A stretch of 64,000 bases of DNA from Octopus bimaculoides (lineage: Eukaryota). Positions 51,295 to 63,589 of the stretch are shown one piece after another. The stretch's first letter is position 1. Each line of letters opens with the position of its first letter. The position numbers and the translations under genes are program-made. The notes beneath the pieces are model-generated. The model was not told the DNA's origin, searched no databases, and saw only the letters and a list, made by a program, of their open reading frames with translations. The stretch is taken from positions 50,591,420 to 50,655,419 of the forward strand of contig NC_068996.1 of assembly GCF_001194135.2 (NCBI RefSeq), written 5' to 3'.

Positions 51295-52830
51295 AGCTCA
51301 CCAAGGATCAATTCTCAGCTCTCTCCTGTTTATCATGGTCCTCCAGGAAATAACAGAGGAATTTAAGTCAGGGGAGCTCCTCTATGTTGATGACCTTGTT
51401 CTTATAGCTGAATCACTACCAGAACTAGAGAAGAAAGGTCTGGAATCAAAGGATCTTAGAGTTAATGTAGCAAAGACTAAAGTAATGGTAAGTGGGAAAA
51501 CAGAGAAATCACAGATCCCTTCAGGGAGATGACCCTCTCAGTATGTAAAAAAGGTGTAGGTAGAAACTCCATAAGATGTACCTGATGCAAGCTATGGACA
51601 CATAAGAGGTACAGCAACATCAGAGGAAGATAAACAGGGAAACTAGTCTTTGTGTGTGGAAGATGCACAGGTACAATAAACACTATAAGTATACAGAAAA
51701 TAGATTCTGTGAAATGCCTGGGGGTGATACTTAAAAGTAGTTGACAGCTTTCATTAAGTGGGTGACCAAGTCAACAGTGGAAGTGGATGCCCTGAGAGTG
51801 TAGCTTCTAGAATAAGAATAGGTTGGTAAAAGTTCAGAGAGTTTCTACTTTTGTTGGTAACAAAAGGCCTCTCTCTCAGAGTGAAAGGCACTGTATGATT
51901 ACGTGTGAGAACTGTCAGACTACATGGCAGTGAAACATGGGCTGTGACACTGTAGAGGACACATGTGGCGTTTAGTGACAGACCGTCGTAAGCACCACAA
52001 CTTAAAAGCTAAGAAAAACGCAGTCAAAGTTTCACGACATTCAGAATGCAATACCTCAGACAGGAATGAAGTTAGGAAGCTGGTTTTGATCTTAAAATGA
52101 CCGTGAAGACCTCTAAGCATTCCACCTATGTAAAATTATTTATGTATGTATCCGAAAGATGGAACAATAACTGCATCTTTCTCATTTTGTAGAATATACT
52201 AGTACTACAAAACGGTGTATTTGCCTTGAATATTTTAGCCATGATACTTAGAAAAAACATACAGAGACCCACCAAAGGTATTGTTTCTGTTTTAATATAC
52301 CAAGGTATCTTTAAGGGGTAAGTAAGACAAAATAGTAAGATAATAGCCCATTATCGAGGAATATTAGAAAATGAGCCATAACACCTTGAAAAACGATACA
52401 GGGACAACACCAAAGTTTTTGATTGAGTGTGTGTGCTTACAATGGTGTGTTACTAAATTCTCTGGTCTGAGTTTGGGTGAGTGAGCATTGTGTAAATAGC
52501 GTCGAGGTACAAATTTTTCAGCTGGATTTTCGACTTTATTGCAAGCCTCACAAGTTCTTCCTCCCAACTTTTTCAGATTCTAGACATTGAGACAAAGAAA
52601 ATGATATACTAAGCTTGAAAATGGCTGGGGTGGCACTCATGACACTCTAAACACCTCATGTGAAAGCTTGAAAGAAATGAATCTAGTATGCTTCACTGGA
52701 TGTGCAATGTCAGTATGCATGTACGACAGAGTGTGAGTATCTTGAGAGAAAAATTGGACACGAGAGGCATCAGATATGGTGTGCAAGAGAGATGACTGTA
52801 CTGGTATGGTCATGTGATGCCACTCTTGAA
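51295..52830 (+). mobile_element. RTE LINE fragment interrupted at 51967-52655 by an unrelated insertion
   Basis: ELLYVDDLVLIAES RT motif; the RTE sequence resumes at 52656 (gaaagcttgaaagaaatgaatctagtatg). Confidence 0.8.
51967..52655 (-). mobile_element. Probable DNA-transposon remnant (short GGYGTTTAG TIR; HTH-psq-like AEKFVPRRYL)
   Basis: Cleanly interrupts the RTE; ends ggcgtttag / ctaaacacc. Confidence 0.4.
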
Positions 52831-53326
52831 ATTGATGGGCAAATGGCTGAGCACTCCACAGACACATGAACCCATAACTTAGTTTTCAAGGAGGTTCAGT
52901 ATGACACAGAATGTGACAAGACTGGCCCCTTTGCAATATAGATACTACTCATTTTTGCTGGCTGAGTGGACAGGAGCAATGTGAAATAAAGTGGTTTGCT
53001 TAAGGACACAATGCACTGTCAGGAATTGAACTCACAACTTTACAACTGCAGACTGATTACTCTAACCACTAAACCATGCACCTTCACAGTAAATAATGAT
53101 GCATTTTTGAAATGTAGAAACATCCTTGGTGGAATTGATGCCACCCATTTGAGATGCAATATTAGTCCTTTTTTCTCTTATCTTTGTCTCAGTCATTGGT
53201 GAGCAGTAAAACCACTGGGAATGAGGGACCCCTTGCTGTTATCACAGCATTCTTCTAGGAGAGGGGCACTCATACATACATACATACATACATACATACA
53301 CACATACATACATACACACATACATA

Positions 53327-53810
53327 ACGAAAACAAGGCGGAAAACATTGATCCAAAATGCCTTTGAATGTCGCCATAGCCAGTCATAATAAAAGTGAAG
53401 ACCTCAATAAAATGTAAACTTAATAGACCTGATATAATGATTTGGGATAGAGAAGAGGAATTGTTTATAGTTGTAGAAATCAGTTGCCCAGCAGATGTTA
53501 ACATAAAGCTGAAGATCAGTGAAAAAGAGAACACTTATGCTGAACTATTGAGAAATTTGCAGTTACTCTATCTGGATTATAAGTTCAGGTTTATACCTGT
53601 AATTATTGGGGCCCTGGGATATGTAACACACTGCCTAAATACCAATCAGAAAGGAGAAAGATAATTCAAAGACTACAGGTCCAGTCCATCACTGGAACTG
53701 TAAAAATCTGTAAAACTTTCCAGAAGTTTATCATTTAAATATATTTGAGTATGTCTAGATATGCAACTATATGTATGAGAATACATACATGAAACATACA
53801 AATCTGCACA

Positions 53811-53843
<33 letters not shown>

Positions 53844-53980
53844 GCATACATACATACAAAAATACCTTGTTGTTGATGTTGAAATTCCAATGAAGGAGCC
53901 TTGGTTCTAGGTTAGAAACTGGTTCTTTCTCTTTTGGCAAGAAATCTTGAAGCAAAACTGAATAACTGCATATATACATA
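53327..53980 (+). mobile_element. 5'-truncated restriction-like-endonuclease LINE embedded in (CATA)n
   Basis: RPDIMIWDREEELFIVVEISCPAD...KENTYAEL...FIPVIIGALG (PD-(D/E)xK REL motif); (CATA)n directly upstream and in the 3' UTR/tail. Confidence 0.75.
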
Positions 53981-54850
53981 GAAATAGACTGATGGATATA
54001 TTGATAGAGAAAGATAAAAACTGCAAAAGTACAGAATACTTTTTAAAAACTTTTTGTTCATAAAAATAAAAATTTTCAATGTGGCCATTGCCAGTACTGT
54101 GTGACTGGCCCTCGTGCCGGTGGCACGTAAAAGCACCCACTACACTTTCAGAGTGGTTGGCGTTAGGAAGGGTATCCAGCTGTAGAAACTCTGCCAGATC
54201 AGATTGGAGCCTAGTGTAGCCATCTGGTTTCACCAGTCCCCAGTTAAATCGTCCAACCCATGCTAGCATGGAAAGCGGACGTTAAACGATGACGATGATG
54301 ATGAATTGAACTGCACAACATTTTATGAGTAACACGGGTGGCTTTGTGGATACTGCTTGAGCAGCTGCCCACCCTAACTGTCTGTAAGCCCAATCTTACC
54401 CCAAGTCAGTTAAATTACTTTGTTTTTTTTGCTGATGCTGACACAAATTCATACTTCATGGAAGGTTATGTAGGAGTGGGTGTGATGGTGGTGGTGGTGG
54501 TGGCAATGGTGGTGGCAGTTATAGTTGTAGTGGGTGGAGGGTTTAAAAGTGTTTTATCTATAATCCATCTTTGGAACTTGAAAGTCATAGACTGAAATGT
54601 AAACATAAATTCAAGAGATGTTAATTAGCCAACCATTAGAGGCCTTTATTATGAAAAGGAGACGAAATAAAAGCTGAGTAATCTTGTTAATCCGAAGATT
54701 AATAAGAGAAAAAAAAAAATACCCAATAGCTTCCCCCCACAGCGCCCGTCATCCACTCCACTCTCACAAACACGTCACTTTTATTTTTACTTCAACCACT
54801 GTGACAATGTAGTTAAATCCTAAATCAGAGATTTAGATCCATAATGAACA

Positions 54851-54864
54851 GTTTCCATAGCAAC
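54851..54864. promoter_or_regulatory. RFX X-box GTTTCCATAGCAAC
   Basis: Perfect match to GTHNYYATRRNAAC in a CpG-retaining unique stretch; nearby CRE-like TGACGTG (minus strand, ~54771). Confidence 0.55.
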
Positions 54865-55413
54865 AGTTTAAGCCCCTTAAGTATTAAATAGGTTACTACC
54901 TAAAATTTCAAACGAGTTTGTCATTTCTACTCTTAGTTCCAGCAGAGATGTGTTCTCTCCTGACACTTGCAGATTCGAATGACCAAAGCCACAATACTTT
55001 CAGGTGTCCGAACAGAAAAAAACAATCATATTTACAGGTAAATGTATATTCTTCTTCATCTTTTAATTACGTTTTATTCAATTTTTTCTTTTTGGTTTGT
55101 TTAAAAAGCAACAATATGTGCATTGACAATAAACAAAATTTTTAATTTTTCAGTTGATTTCTATTGCAAGAATATAACATTTTTCAAAATTTTTTTTGTG
55201 TGGGGGTGAAATGGTAACTATTCTTTAAATTTCAGAAACCTTTCAAATACCCTCAAAAGAAAATTCTTTCTTAAAAACAAGCATGTTTTATATCATGTAA
55301 TTTTATTCAAATGTTGTCAGAAAATGATTGAAAGGGCTTTTTGAGAGTTTGAACTTCCCTCACTCTTTTCAATCAATCTAAAAAAAATCTATCTGTCTGA
55401 CTGTTTGCCTGTC

Positions 55414-55416
<3 letters not shown>

Positions 55417-55489
<73 letters not shown>

Positions 55490-55600
55490 GTCTGTCTATC
55501 TATCTAGCTAGCATGCTCTTTGTCTATCTGTCTGTCTCTTTATATGTCTATCTGTTTATATGTCTGTCTGTCTATTTGTTTGTTTGTCTAATTATATATA
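55417..55600. repeat. (CT)n/(CTAT)n/(CTGT)n microsatellite cluster
   Basis: Direct reading. Confidence 0.9.
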
Positions 55601-55788
55601 ATATATATAACAAACTTAGTGTATACAGTGCTCAGGTGTGTTACAACTCATCAGAAAAAGTAACCAGAACTGCATGAACAGCACATACAATAATACACAA
55701 AAAGATTTATCTACCTAGCTAGCAAACTGTTTGTCTGTCTGCCTGTCTCACTCTCAGTCGGTCTAACCATCTATCTGTCTGTCTGCTA

Positions 55789-57050
55789 TTCGGTTGTCAA
55801 GAAAGTTCTTGTGGTTTTTAACCTTTAAATTCAGATGCACATATCTCGGCTCAAACAAAACTTTATTAATCGAAATAAACACCATCAGAATCAACACACT
55901 TTTGCCAACGCGAAACATGTTTATTTATGCCAGTAGCATAAAAATCCTGCGTTCTGGTGGTGATGAAGTCGTTGAAGGTGTGTTTGGCATGGTCTTGGTT
56001 TTTGAAGCATTTCTCATGCAGGAAGTTGTCGAGATGCTTGAAAAAGTGGTAATCGGCAGGTGAGAGATCTGGTGAGTATGGCAGATGAGGCAGAGTTTTG
56101 TAGCCCAATTCGTTCAACTTCTGTGGCTGAGCATTGTCGTGGAGAAGAACTGGTCCTTTTCTATTGACCAATGCTGGTTGTTGTTGTCGGAGTTTCTTAT
56201 GCATTTCATCCATTTGCTGACAGTACTTCTCCGCTGTAATGGTTTCGCCTGGATCCAAAAAGCTCTGATGGATGAGACCGGCCACTGACCACCAAACAGT
56301 CACCATGACCTTCTTTTGGTGCAACTTTGGCTTCGGGAAGTGCCGTGGAGCTTTGTTGGTGTCCAACCACTGAGCTGAGCATCGCTGGTTGTCGTAAAGA
56401 ATCCACTTTTCATCGCAAGTCACAATCTGGTCAAGAAACGGGTTGTTCTTGTTGTGTAAAAGAAGGGAAGACGATACTTCAAAACAGAGTTTTTTTAGTT
56501 GTCCTTGAATTTATGTGGCACCCATTTCTCAAGTACTTTTGTTTTTCCAATCTCTTTCAAGTGGTTGGAAATTGTCGTATATGTTACGTCTAATTCAGAA
56601 GCAAGCTCTCGAACAGTTGTGCGTGGATTGGCTTCAACTAAGACTCTTAGTTGATCATTGTCAACATCCGATGGCCGACCACTACACTTATCATCTTCAA
56701 GACTCTCATCACTGCTACGAAATTTCTTGAACCACGATTGTGCTGTACGTTCATTAGTGATTCCTGGGACAAAAGCATTGTTGATATCGCGAGCTGTTTC
56801 AGCAGCTTTTCAGCTTCGCTTGAACTGGAGTAAGAAAATTGTGCAAATTTGCTTTTTGTCTATGTTGTATTCAACGTTCCAGAAAACATGGCCTAATTAT
56901 TCAAAAAACAAAAAAAGTAACACGATTAGATAGAGCGAAAAATGGGCTTTAAAATTATATATAAAGTCAAAGTAATTTAACAAAAATTAATTTGAAAATA
57001 CATCATTTAAAACCAAGATTAAAAATTCCGCAAGAACTTTCTTGATAACT

Positions 57051-57053
<3 letters not shown>
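55789..57053 (-). mobile_element. Full-length defective mariner (cecropia/Hsmar1-like), ~1.27 kb
   Basis: TIRs ttcggttgtcaagaaagttcttg / caagaactttcttgataacttat with TA flanks; [29 protein letters not shown] and WQKCVD motifs; frameshifts and stops. Confidence 0.93.
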
Positions 57054-57118
<65 letters not shown>

Positions 57119-57295
57119 GTCCATCTATCTATCTGTCTGTCTGTCTGTTTATTTATCTATCTACCTCTCTGTCTGTCTATCTATCCATCCATCTATCCAT
57201 CCATCCATCCATCCATCCATCCATCCATCCATCTATCTATCTACGTGTCTGTCTGTCTATATGTTTGTCTCTCTGTTTGTATATCTATCTGTCTA
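57054..57295. repeat. (CTAT)n/(CCAT)n microsatellite cluster
   Basis: Direct reading. Confidence 0.9.
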
Positions 57296-57527
57296 ATTAT
57301 ATATAATAAATAATAATGAACTAATTATATACAGAGCTCAGATGCACAACACCTCATCAGAAATGGTAGCCAAAAACGCAGTACAGTACTCAGATAATTC
57401 AGAGAAAGAACTATCCATCCATCCATCTTAGTATTTTTGTGCCTACACATGCATACATACGCATGCACACACGAACACACACACACACGGATACAAATCA
57501 ACTCTAAATAAATATCTATTTACAATT

Positions 57528-57579
<52 letters not shown>

Positions 57580-57723
57580 ACACATATAATATAACACCAT
57601 TCAATTTTTTTTCTCTGTGTTTTTCTCCTTGTTTTCTCCGTATTCTTTCTGTTGAAGAGNNNNNNNNNNAACAAGGAGAAAAACACAGAGAAAAAAAATT
57701 GAATGGTGTTATATTATATGTGT

Positions 57724-57761
<38 letters not shown>

Positions 57762-58329
57762 AATTGTAAATAGATATTTATTTAGAGTTGATTTGTATCC
57801 GTGTGTGTGTGTGTGTGTGTTCGTGTGTGCATGCGTATGTATGCATGTGTATAATATGCGTATGTATGCATGTATATAATATAAATAATATATAAATATA
57901 TCCATATATCCATACATATATGTACATACCTACATCTATATGCATACATACATGCATATATGGATACAGGACATCAAAAAGACGTTAAACACAATGAGAA
58001 ACGAAAACATAAAGACGAAAACAGAAAACGAACTTTTTTCGAACAACGAAGAAAACAAACAGAGAAACAAAACATGCAACATAAAGAGTATATCCCTTCG
58101 TCAGTTGTCCCTGTTCCATCTACTCCACGTTTCGAAGGCAAGGACAATACGCGACTTCATTGGAACAGTCCTTCCCACAAAGCAAATTAAATAAAATTTG
58201 GAATTTTTTGCGGAGGGTGAAAGTGTTGACAAGAACGGGCCAGTGAGAACAAGACAGTAAAAACAAACGGTGAAGACTGTTAAGCCAAGACAATAGAAAG
58301 ATTATCATTATGAACGCTAGATAGACGTG

Positions 58330-59400
58330 CATGAGAAAAGAGACAGAAGAAACACGTCTTTTCTATAGGAAGGCAGTGGACAGAAAGAAATCTCAAAAAA
58401 ATCTCTTACAAATTATCTCCTTACATAATATTAGTCTGTTAACTATTGATACATTTATTAATACTAACATTAATTTACCTAATACCATCCATCCCCCTAG
58501 AAATATTAATAAAATGGTTATTGTATCTGAAGTCAATTACAACAGAATCAAGTTTATGTCAAGTAACTCTAAAATTAAAAATTCTATATACCAGTGTAAA
58601 ATTATTTCTGATAATGAAGTATTTTTTTTCGTATAGGTAGCTCATCTTCTCAGTTATCTAAAAGAATTTCTAATCATTACTCTACATTTAGGGATAGGAA
58701 TAAATGTAACAGTACAGGGCTTAGTAAATTAATTTGGTATCTAAAAGACCACAATAAACAATTTAATTTAGATTGGTTGATTCTCTCAATTTCAATACTT
58801 TATGATAAAGGCAAGGAATTCTGTCTTCTCTGTAATTCTGAACTATTTAAAATTCTTTTTTCTAAAAATCCCCTTGTAAACAGTTATAGAGCAGGCATAC
58901 TGATGTAAACATTGGCAGAAACACACCTTTAGTACATATAAGTGATATCTATCATTATAATTTTCACATTAATTTTCTTCTTACATTTCACATTCACTAG
59001 ATATATCTTTTTCCAAGACTTCAGGGTTCTATTTAATTTACATATTGTTATATTCTTCTCATTTATTTGGTTTTTTCTTTCCTTTACCCCTCCTCTTTCT
59101 ATAGGCTACCTTTGACGTTATATCCTCTAACATTTTTTGGAAACAAACTTAATAGCGTTCAGTTAATCACTATACATATCCATCATTTTCTGTTAAAATG
59201 TCTTATTGACGAGTTTAATTTCTTCATTTCTCTGAAGAGAAGATCACATTGATTTACACCATTTTATTCCGTTGGAATAATACCAGTGATATCTTCGAAA
59301 CATGTCTCAGAAGTAAAAGAATTTGAATAAGACCTGCGTTTAACTCCATTTATTTATTTTTATATATTATACTAAATATTTCACGTAAATTCAGAGTTTC
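58330..59400 (+). mobile_element. Penelope-like element 3' part: GIY-YIG endonuclease plus pLTR
   Basis: IYQCKIISDNEVFFFV*GSSSSQLSKRISNHYSTF...STGLSKLIWYLK...W.I...Y...CLLCNSE; hammerhead-like core downstream. Confidence 0.75.
59226..59314 (+). ncRNA. Hammerhead ribozyme core with extended stem II (possibly inactive)
   Basis: CUGAAGA (59232-59238); GAAGAU/AUCUUC stem II; GAAAC-AU-GUC palindromic stem III; stem I AUUUCU/AGAAGU offset by 2 nt. Confidence 0.5.
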
Positions 59401-59580
59401 TACCTTTAAAAACNNNNNNNNNNNNNNNNNNNNNNNNNNNNNNNNNNNNNNNNNNNNNNNNNNNNNNNNNNNNNNNNNNNNNNNNNNNNNNNNNNNNNNN
59501 NNNNNNNNNNNNNNNNNNNNNNNNNNNNNNNNNNNNNNNNNNNNNNNNNNNNNNNNNNNNNNNNNNNNNNNNNNNNNNNT

Positions 59581-60398
59581 ATATGTTTCGTGTTGTAAGA
59601 CAGTGTGTGAGAGAGAATCATGATGTCATAGGAGAGAAGTGTGTCTGCATGGATGATGGTTCACTTGCATTTAATGAGGCTGCAAGGAGAGAGACTTGGA
59701 GACGCCATTATGAAAGGTTGCTAAATGAAGAGAATGGATGGGAGAAAGAGAGTCTGCTGAATGTTGACCCAACAGAGGGACCAGCTACAGTACCTTGGTA
59801 GATAAAGCAATTAAGAGTATGAAGACAGGGAAATCCCCCGGCCCATCAGGAATCACTGCAGAGATGCTCAAAATATCTGGCAGTGTCGGCTATAGCCTAG
59901 TCACCCGTATTACGAACCAGGTGATACACGAAGGAGTCATACCCAATGACTGGTGTAGCAGCACCATAGTCAACTGCTACAAAGGTAAAGGTGATACTTT
60001 AGATACAAATAATTACAGAGGTATCAAGCTTTTAGATCAGGTAATGAAAGTCACGGAGAGGGTCATAGCCCAACTAATTAGGGAGTGAGTCAGTTTAGAT
60101 GAGATGCAGTTTAGGTTTGTGCCTGGGAAAAGCACCATTGATGCTATATTTCTGGTAAGACAACTGCAGGAGAAATACCTAGCCAAGGATAAACCTCTGT
60201 ACCTGGCTTTCGTTGACATGGAGAAAACCTTTGACAGGGTCCCCCGATCCCTTATCTGGTGGTCAATGAGGAAACTAGGGATAGAAGAATGGTTAGTGAG
60301 AGCTGTGCAAGCCATGTACAGAGATGCTATCAATAAGGTGAGGATTGGCAACGAGTACACTGAAGAATTCTGGGTAGGGGTAGGGGTCTACCAAGGAT
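59581..60398 (+). mobile_element. RTE LINE reverse transcriptase N-terminal part
   Basis: MKTGKSPGPSGITAEMLK...IPNDWC...CYKGKGD...NYRGIKLL...QFRFVPGKSTIDAIF...LAFVDMEKTFDRVPR. Confidence 0.92.
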
Positions 60399-61494
60399 AA
60401 GTGTGTGCATATGTGTGTGCATGTATGTGTGTGTGTCTTTATATCTGTGTTTGTTCCCAATCACAACTTGACAACTGATGTTGGTGTACTTGTGTCCCCA
60501 TAACTTAAAGGTTTGCCAAAAGGGACTGATAAAATAAGAAACAGGCTTAAAAAAAAACAGTATTGAGCTTGACTCGTTTCACTCAAATTTTTCAAGGCAG
60601 TGACCCTGCATGGCCTCAGTCAAATGACTGAAACAAGTAAATATATATACATATAGAGCTGTTTCACATGTTTATTTTATTTATTAATGAACAAATCAAT
60701 TACATCATATAAAAAACCCCATCGTCTTAAAATTTACCATTTAGGATTTTTCACACAAAATGTATAGAATGCAGCACTGAGATGAGAGAGTCAATATGCA
60801 TTCTATATTCTTTGTGTGAAAAATCTTAAATGTTTAACTTTATCTTAATTTTAATTCACCTGAAGAAAACAGGTTTTTTGCTGTTTTTTTATGATGTTAT
60901 TGGTTTGCTCATCAATAAAGAACGTGTCAGGAACAGCTGTAGTAAACCTCAGCACATGTGTATTATTATTTATATAACACCACATTTGGAACCTTCCCTG
61001 TGTTAGATTTTGAACCTACAGTGGACCATGGACTGCATACCAAAGTATACTCTTGTGTGATTTTATGTATATGTTGAGTGTATTCGGTCTATGTGAAACT
61101 TGAAGGATAAATCTGTATTTGCTTTAGTAAATATGTAAGTAAACATGGGTATGCTGTCCACAACTCTACCTTGGTGTCTTTGTAATTAAAATATCTCGAT
61201 TCTATTAAATTCTGCAGATTATGTGTACTCATGAAACTTGTGGGTGTAAGGCATGAAACTTGTGGGTAAGGGGCTAATCAATTACATTGAACCCAATGAT
61301 TGACTGGTATTTATTTTATCAATCCTGAAAGGACGAACGGCAAAGATGACTTTGGTGGAATTTGAACTCAGAACATAAAGACAAATGAAATGCCACTAAG
61401 CAGTTTGTCTGGTATCCTAATGATTCTGCCGGCTCATCACCTTCAGACAGCAACAACAATGATAAATGCCCAGATGCAGTACTAGGCAGTGGTT

Positions 61495-62035
61495 CTCATG
61501 GCTTCTGATCTTAACTGATTGGAAGTGTTATCATATATATTGTTTTGTCCTGGTATAAAAGATGGGCTACAACAAATATTCTGCTCCATACTACAGATTT
61601 GCTTGTCTGTTGTTTGACCTTAACCAGTTGAACATGTCCCTTGCTGGCTGACGATATGTGCAGAAGTAATTGGGGAGCATCATAGCCATGTGTTGAGAGG
61701 AATTCTTGGGGGTTTGAATAATTCACCACTGGAAATATGGGTATTTTTGTTCATCATCCTTAAACAAACCTTATTTGTTCATCATCCTTAAACAAACCTT
61801 TTGAGTGGGATGGGCTACTCGACGTGAAGAAAACTCTAACTAGGCCCCACCTACATGGTCATGCACTGTTTATCTTGATATGAGATCACCATGTCACGCA
61901 CATATGGCTGTGATGCATGTACCTGGTGTACCCTTATCAGAGGGGTAGTCATGCTAGGTATATTGAGCTTCGTATATTTGTACCCCAGTGTCACTTTGAA
62001 GGCATGCGCAGCTCTCTAACTCAAAAATAGATCTC
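61495..62035. repeat. Interspersed repeat (SINE/LINE 3' UTR-like)
   Basis: Internal duplication ttgttcatcatccttaaacaaacctt x2; flanked by TE fragments. Confidence 0.4.
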
Positions 62036-62039
62036 TACT

Positions 62040-63575
62040 CAGGTGACAGAGTCTTAGGGAAAGTTAATATCAAGAGAGGAATTTTCCAAGGAGACTTGTT
62101 ATCCCCTTTGATATTTGTCTTATGTTTAATCCCCCTCAGTTTAGTATCAAAGAAGGCAAAGGCAGGGTAAAAGTTCAGAAATAGTAAAGGAAAAATTAAC
62201 CATTTGCTCTACATGGATGACCTGAAGCCTTTTAGTAAGAATGAAAAAGAGATAGATTTTCTAATATAGACCGTAAGACTCTTCAGCAAAGATATAGGCA
62301 TGAAATTTGGGATAGATAAGTGTATGTGCAATATTAGTCATGAGAAGGGGACAGGTAGTCAACAGTGAAGGCATCCAATTACCAGATGGCCAAACATTAA
62401 AATCATCGAAAGGAGGAGAGTGTTATAAATATCTAGGAGTATTAGAATCTGACAGAGTACTAACAATAGAACTGAAAACGAAAATTGAGAAGGAGTACAA
62501 GAGAAGGGTGAGGAAGCTAATTAAGTCAAATCTAAATGGTTCGAATCTAGTGAAAGCTGTAAATACTTGGGCAGTATCATTACTTAGATACTCAGCAGCT
62601 TTTGTAGATTGGACGGAAACTGAATTAGCAAAGCTAGACAGAAGAACTAGGAAGGAATTCAATATGAATGGAAAGTTGATATCAGTAGAAGACTGTGAGG
62701 GGTTAGCTGGAGTAGATATAAACTCCTATGTAGGTAATAGTGAAGAAAGCTTATTAAGAGTTGCTAGAGTCAAAGCAAGACATAGGGAAACCGAAAAGCC
62801 AAATGAAGTTAAAAACCAGAAAAAAGAAGTAAAGTTATCTGATTGGTAGGAGAAGGCTTTGCATAGTCGATTCTCAAAGATAATTGCAGCAAACATGGTT
62901 ATGGTTGCAGAAAGAAAGGCTAAAAAGGGAGAGAGAAAGTTTGTTAGTAGCAGTACAAGATCAAGTATTAAGGACTAATTGGATAAAAGCCAAGATAGAC
63001 AAGAACGAAGTAGATTCCCAGTGTAGGCTATGCAAAAGAGGAAAGTGTCACTCATATAGTAAGTGAATGTAGCATGCTGGAACAGAAAAAGTACAAGAAA
63101 AAACACGACGACCTAGGGAGAGTAATCCACCGGGAGTTATGTAGAAAGCTAGGATCTGAATATACTGATAAATGGTATGAACATGAACCTAGCAAAGTAC
63201 TAGAAAGTAAGAAATACAAGATGTGGGACTTTAACATTCAGACTGACAGAAGGTCTGATTTAGTAGTAGTAGACAAAAAGAATAGAAAATGCCAGATAAT
63301 AAACTTTACAGTCCCAAATGATGAAGAAATCAATATGAGAGGTAAAGGAAAAATAGAAAAATACCAGGACCTAGCCATTGTATTACAAAGATTATGGAAA
63401 GTGCAGGTAAAATGTATTCCAGTAGTTATAGGTGCACTGGGAACTATCCTTAGAAATCTGAACAGATGGATAGAGAAAATAGGCATAAAGCCAGTTTATT
63501 GCAGCTCCAGAAAACAGTGTTATTAGGGACAGCTAGGATACTTAAGAGGGTACTTGACATCTAAGTTTACTTAGA
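62040..63575 (+). mobile_element. R4/Dong-clade LINE (RT plus CCHC plus restriction-like endonuclease), degenerate
   Basis: RGIFQGDLLSPLIF, INHLLYMDDLK, KYLGV, CRLCK...HDDLGRVIHRELC, SDLVVVDK and IPVVIGALG motifs. Confidence 0.9.
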
Positions 63576-63589
63576 TGTAGCCCAATGTT

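Noticed and set aside
53895-53930. CCAATGA...GAAAC motif in the REL-LINE 3' UTR
   Set aside because: It lacks the invariant CUGA of a hammerhead.
54455-54591. Exon-like segment on the minus strand with strong splice sites
   Set aside because: All frames hit stops and the content is an (ACC)n microsatellite. At most it is a non-coding exon.
57042-57296. ORF with YLSI/HPSI repeats
   Set aside because: Translation of (CTAT)n/(CCAT)n microsatellites.
55630-57370. CTGATGA-containing repeats on the minus strand at ~55650 and ~57355
   Set aside because: The GAAA half of the hammerhead core is replaced by TGAG, so they are not valid ribozymes.
57455-57850. Near-identical inverted duplication flanking a 10-N gap
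   Set aside because: Identity and placement exactly across a minimal gap point to a scaffolding or orientation artefact rather than a real palindrome.
58090-58145. Permuted GAAAC...CTGACGA on the minus strand
   Set aside because: No stem I pairing and a mismatched stem II closure.
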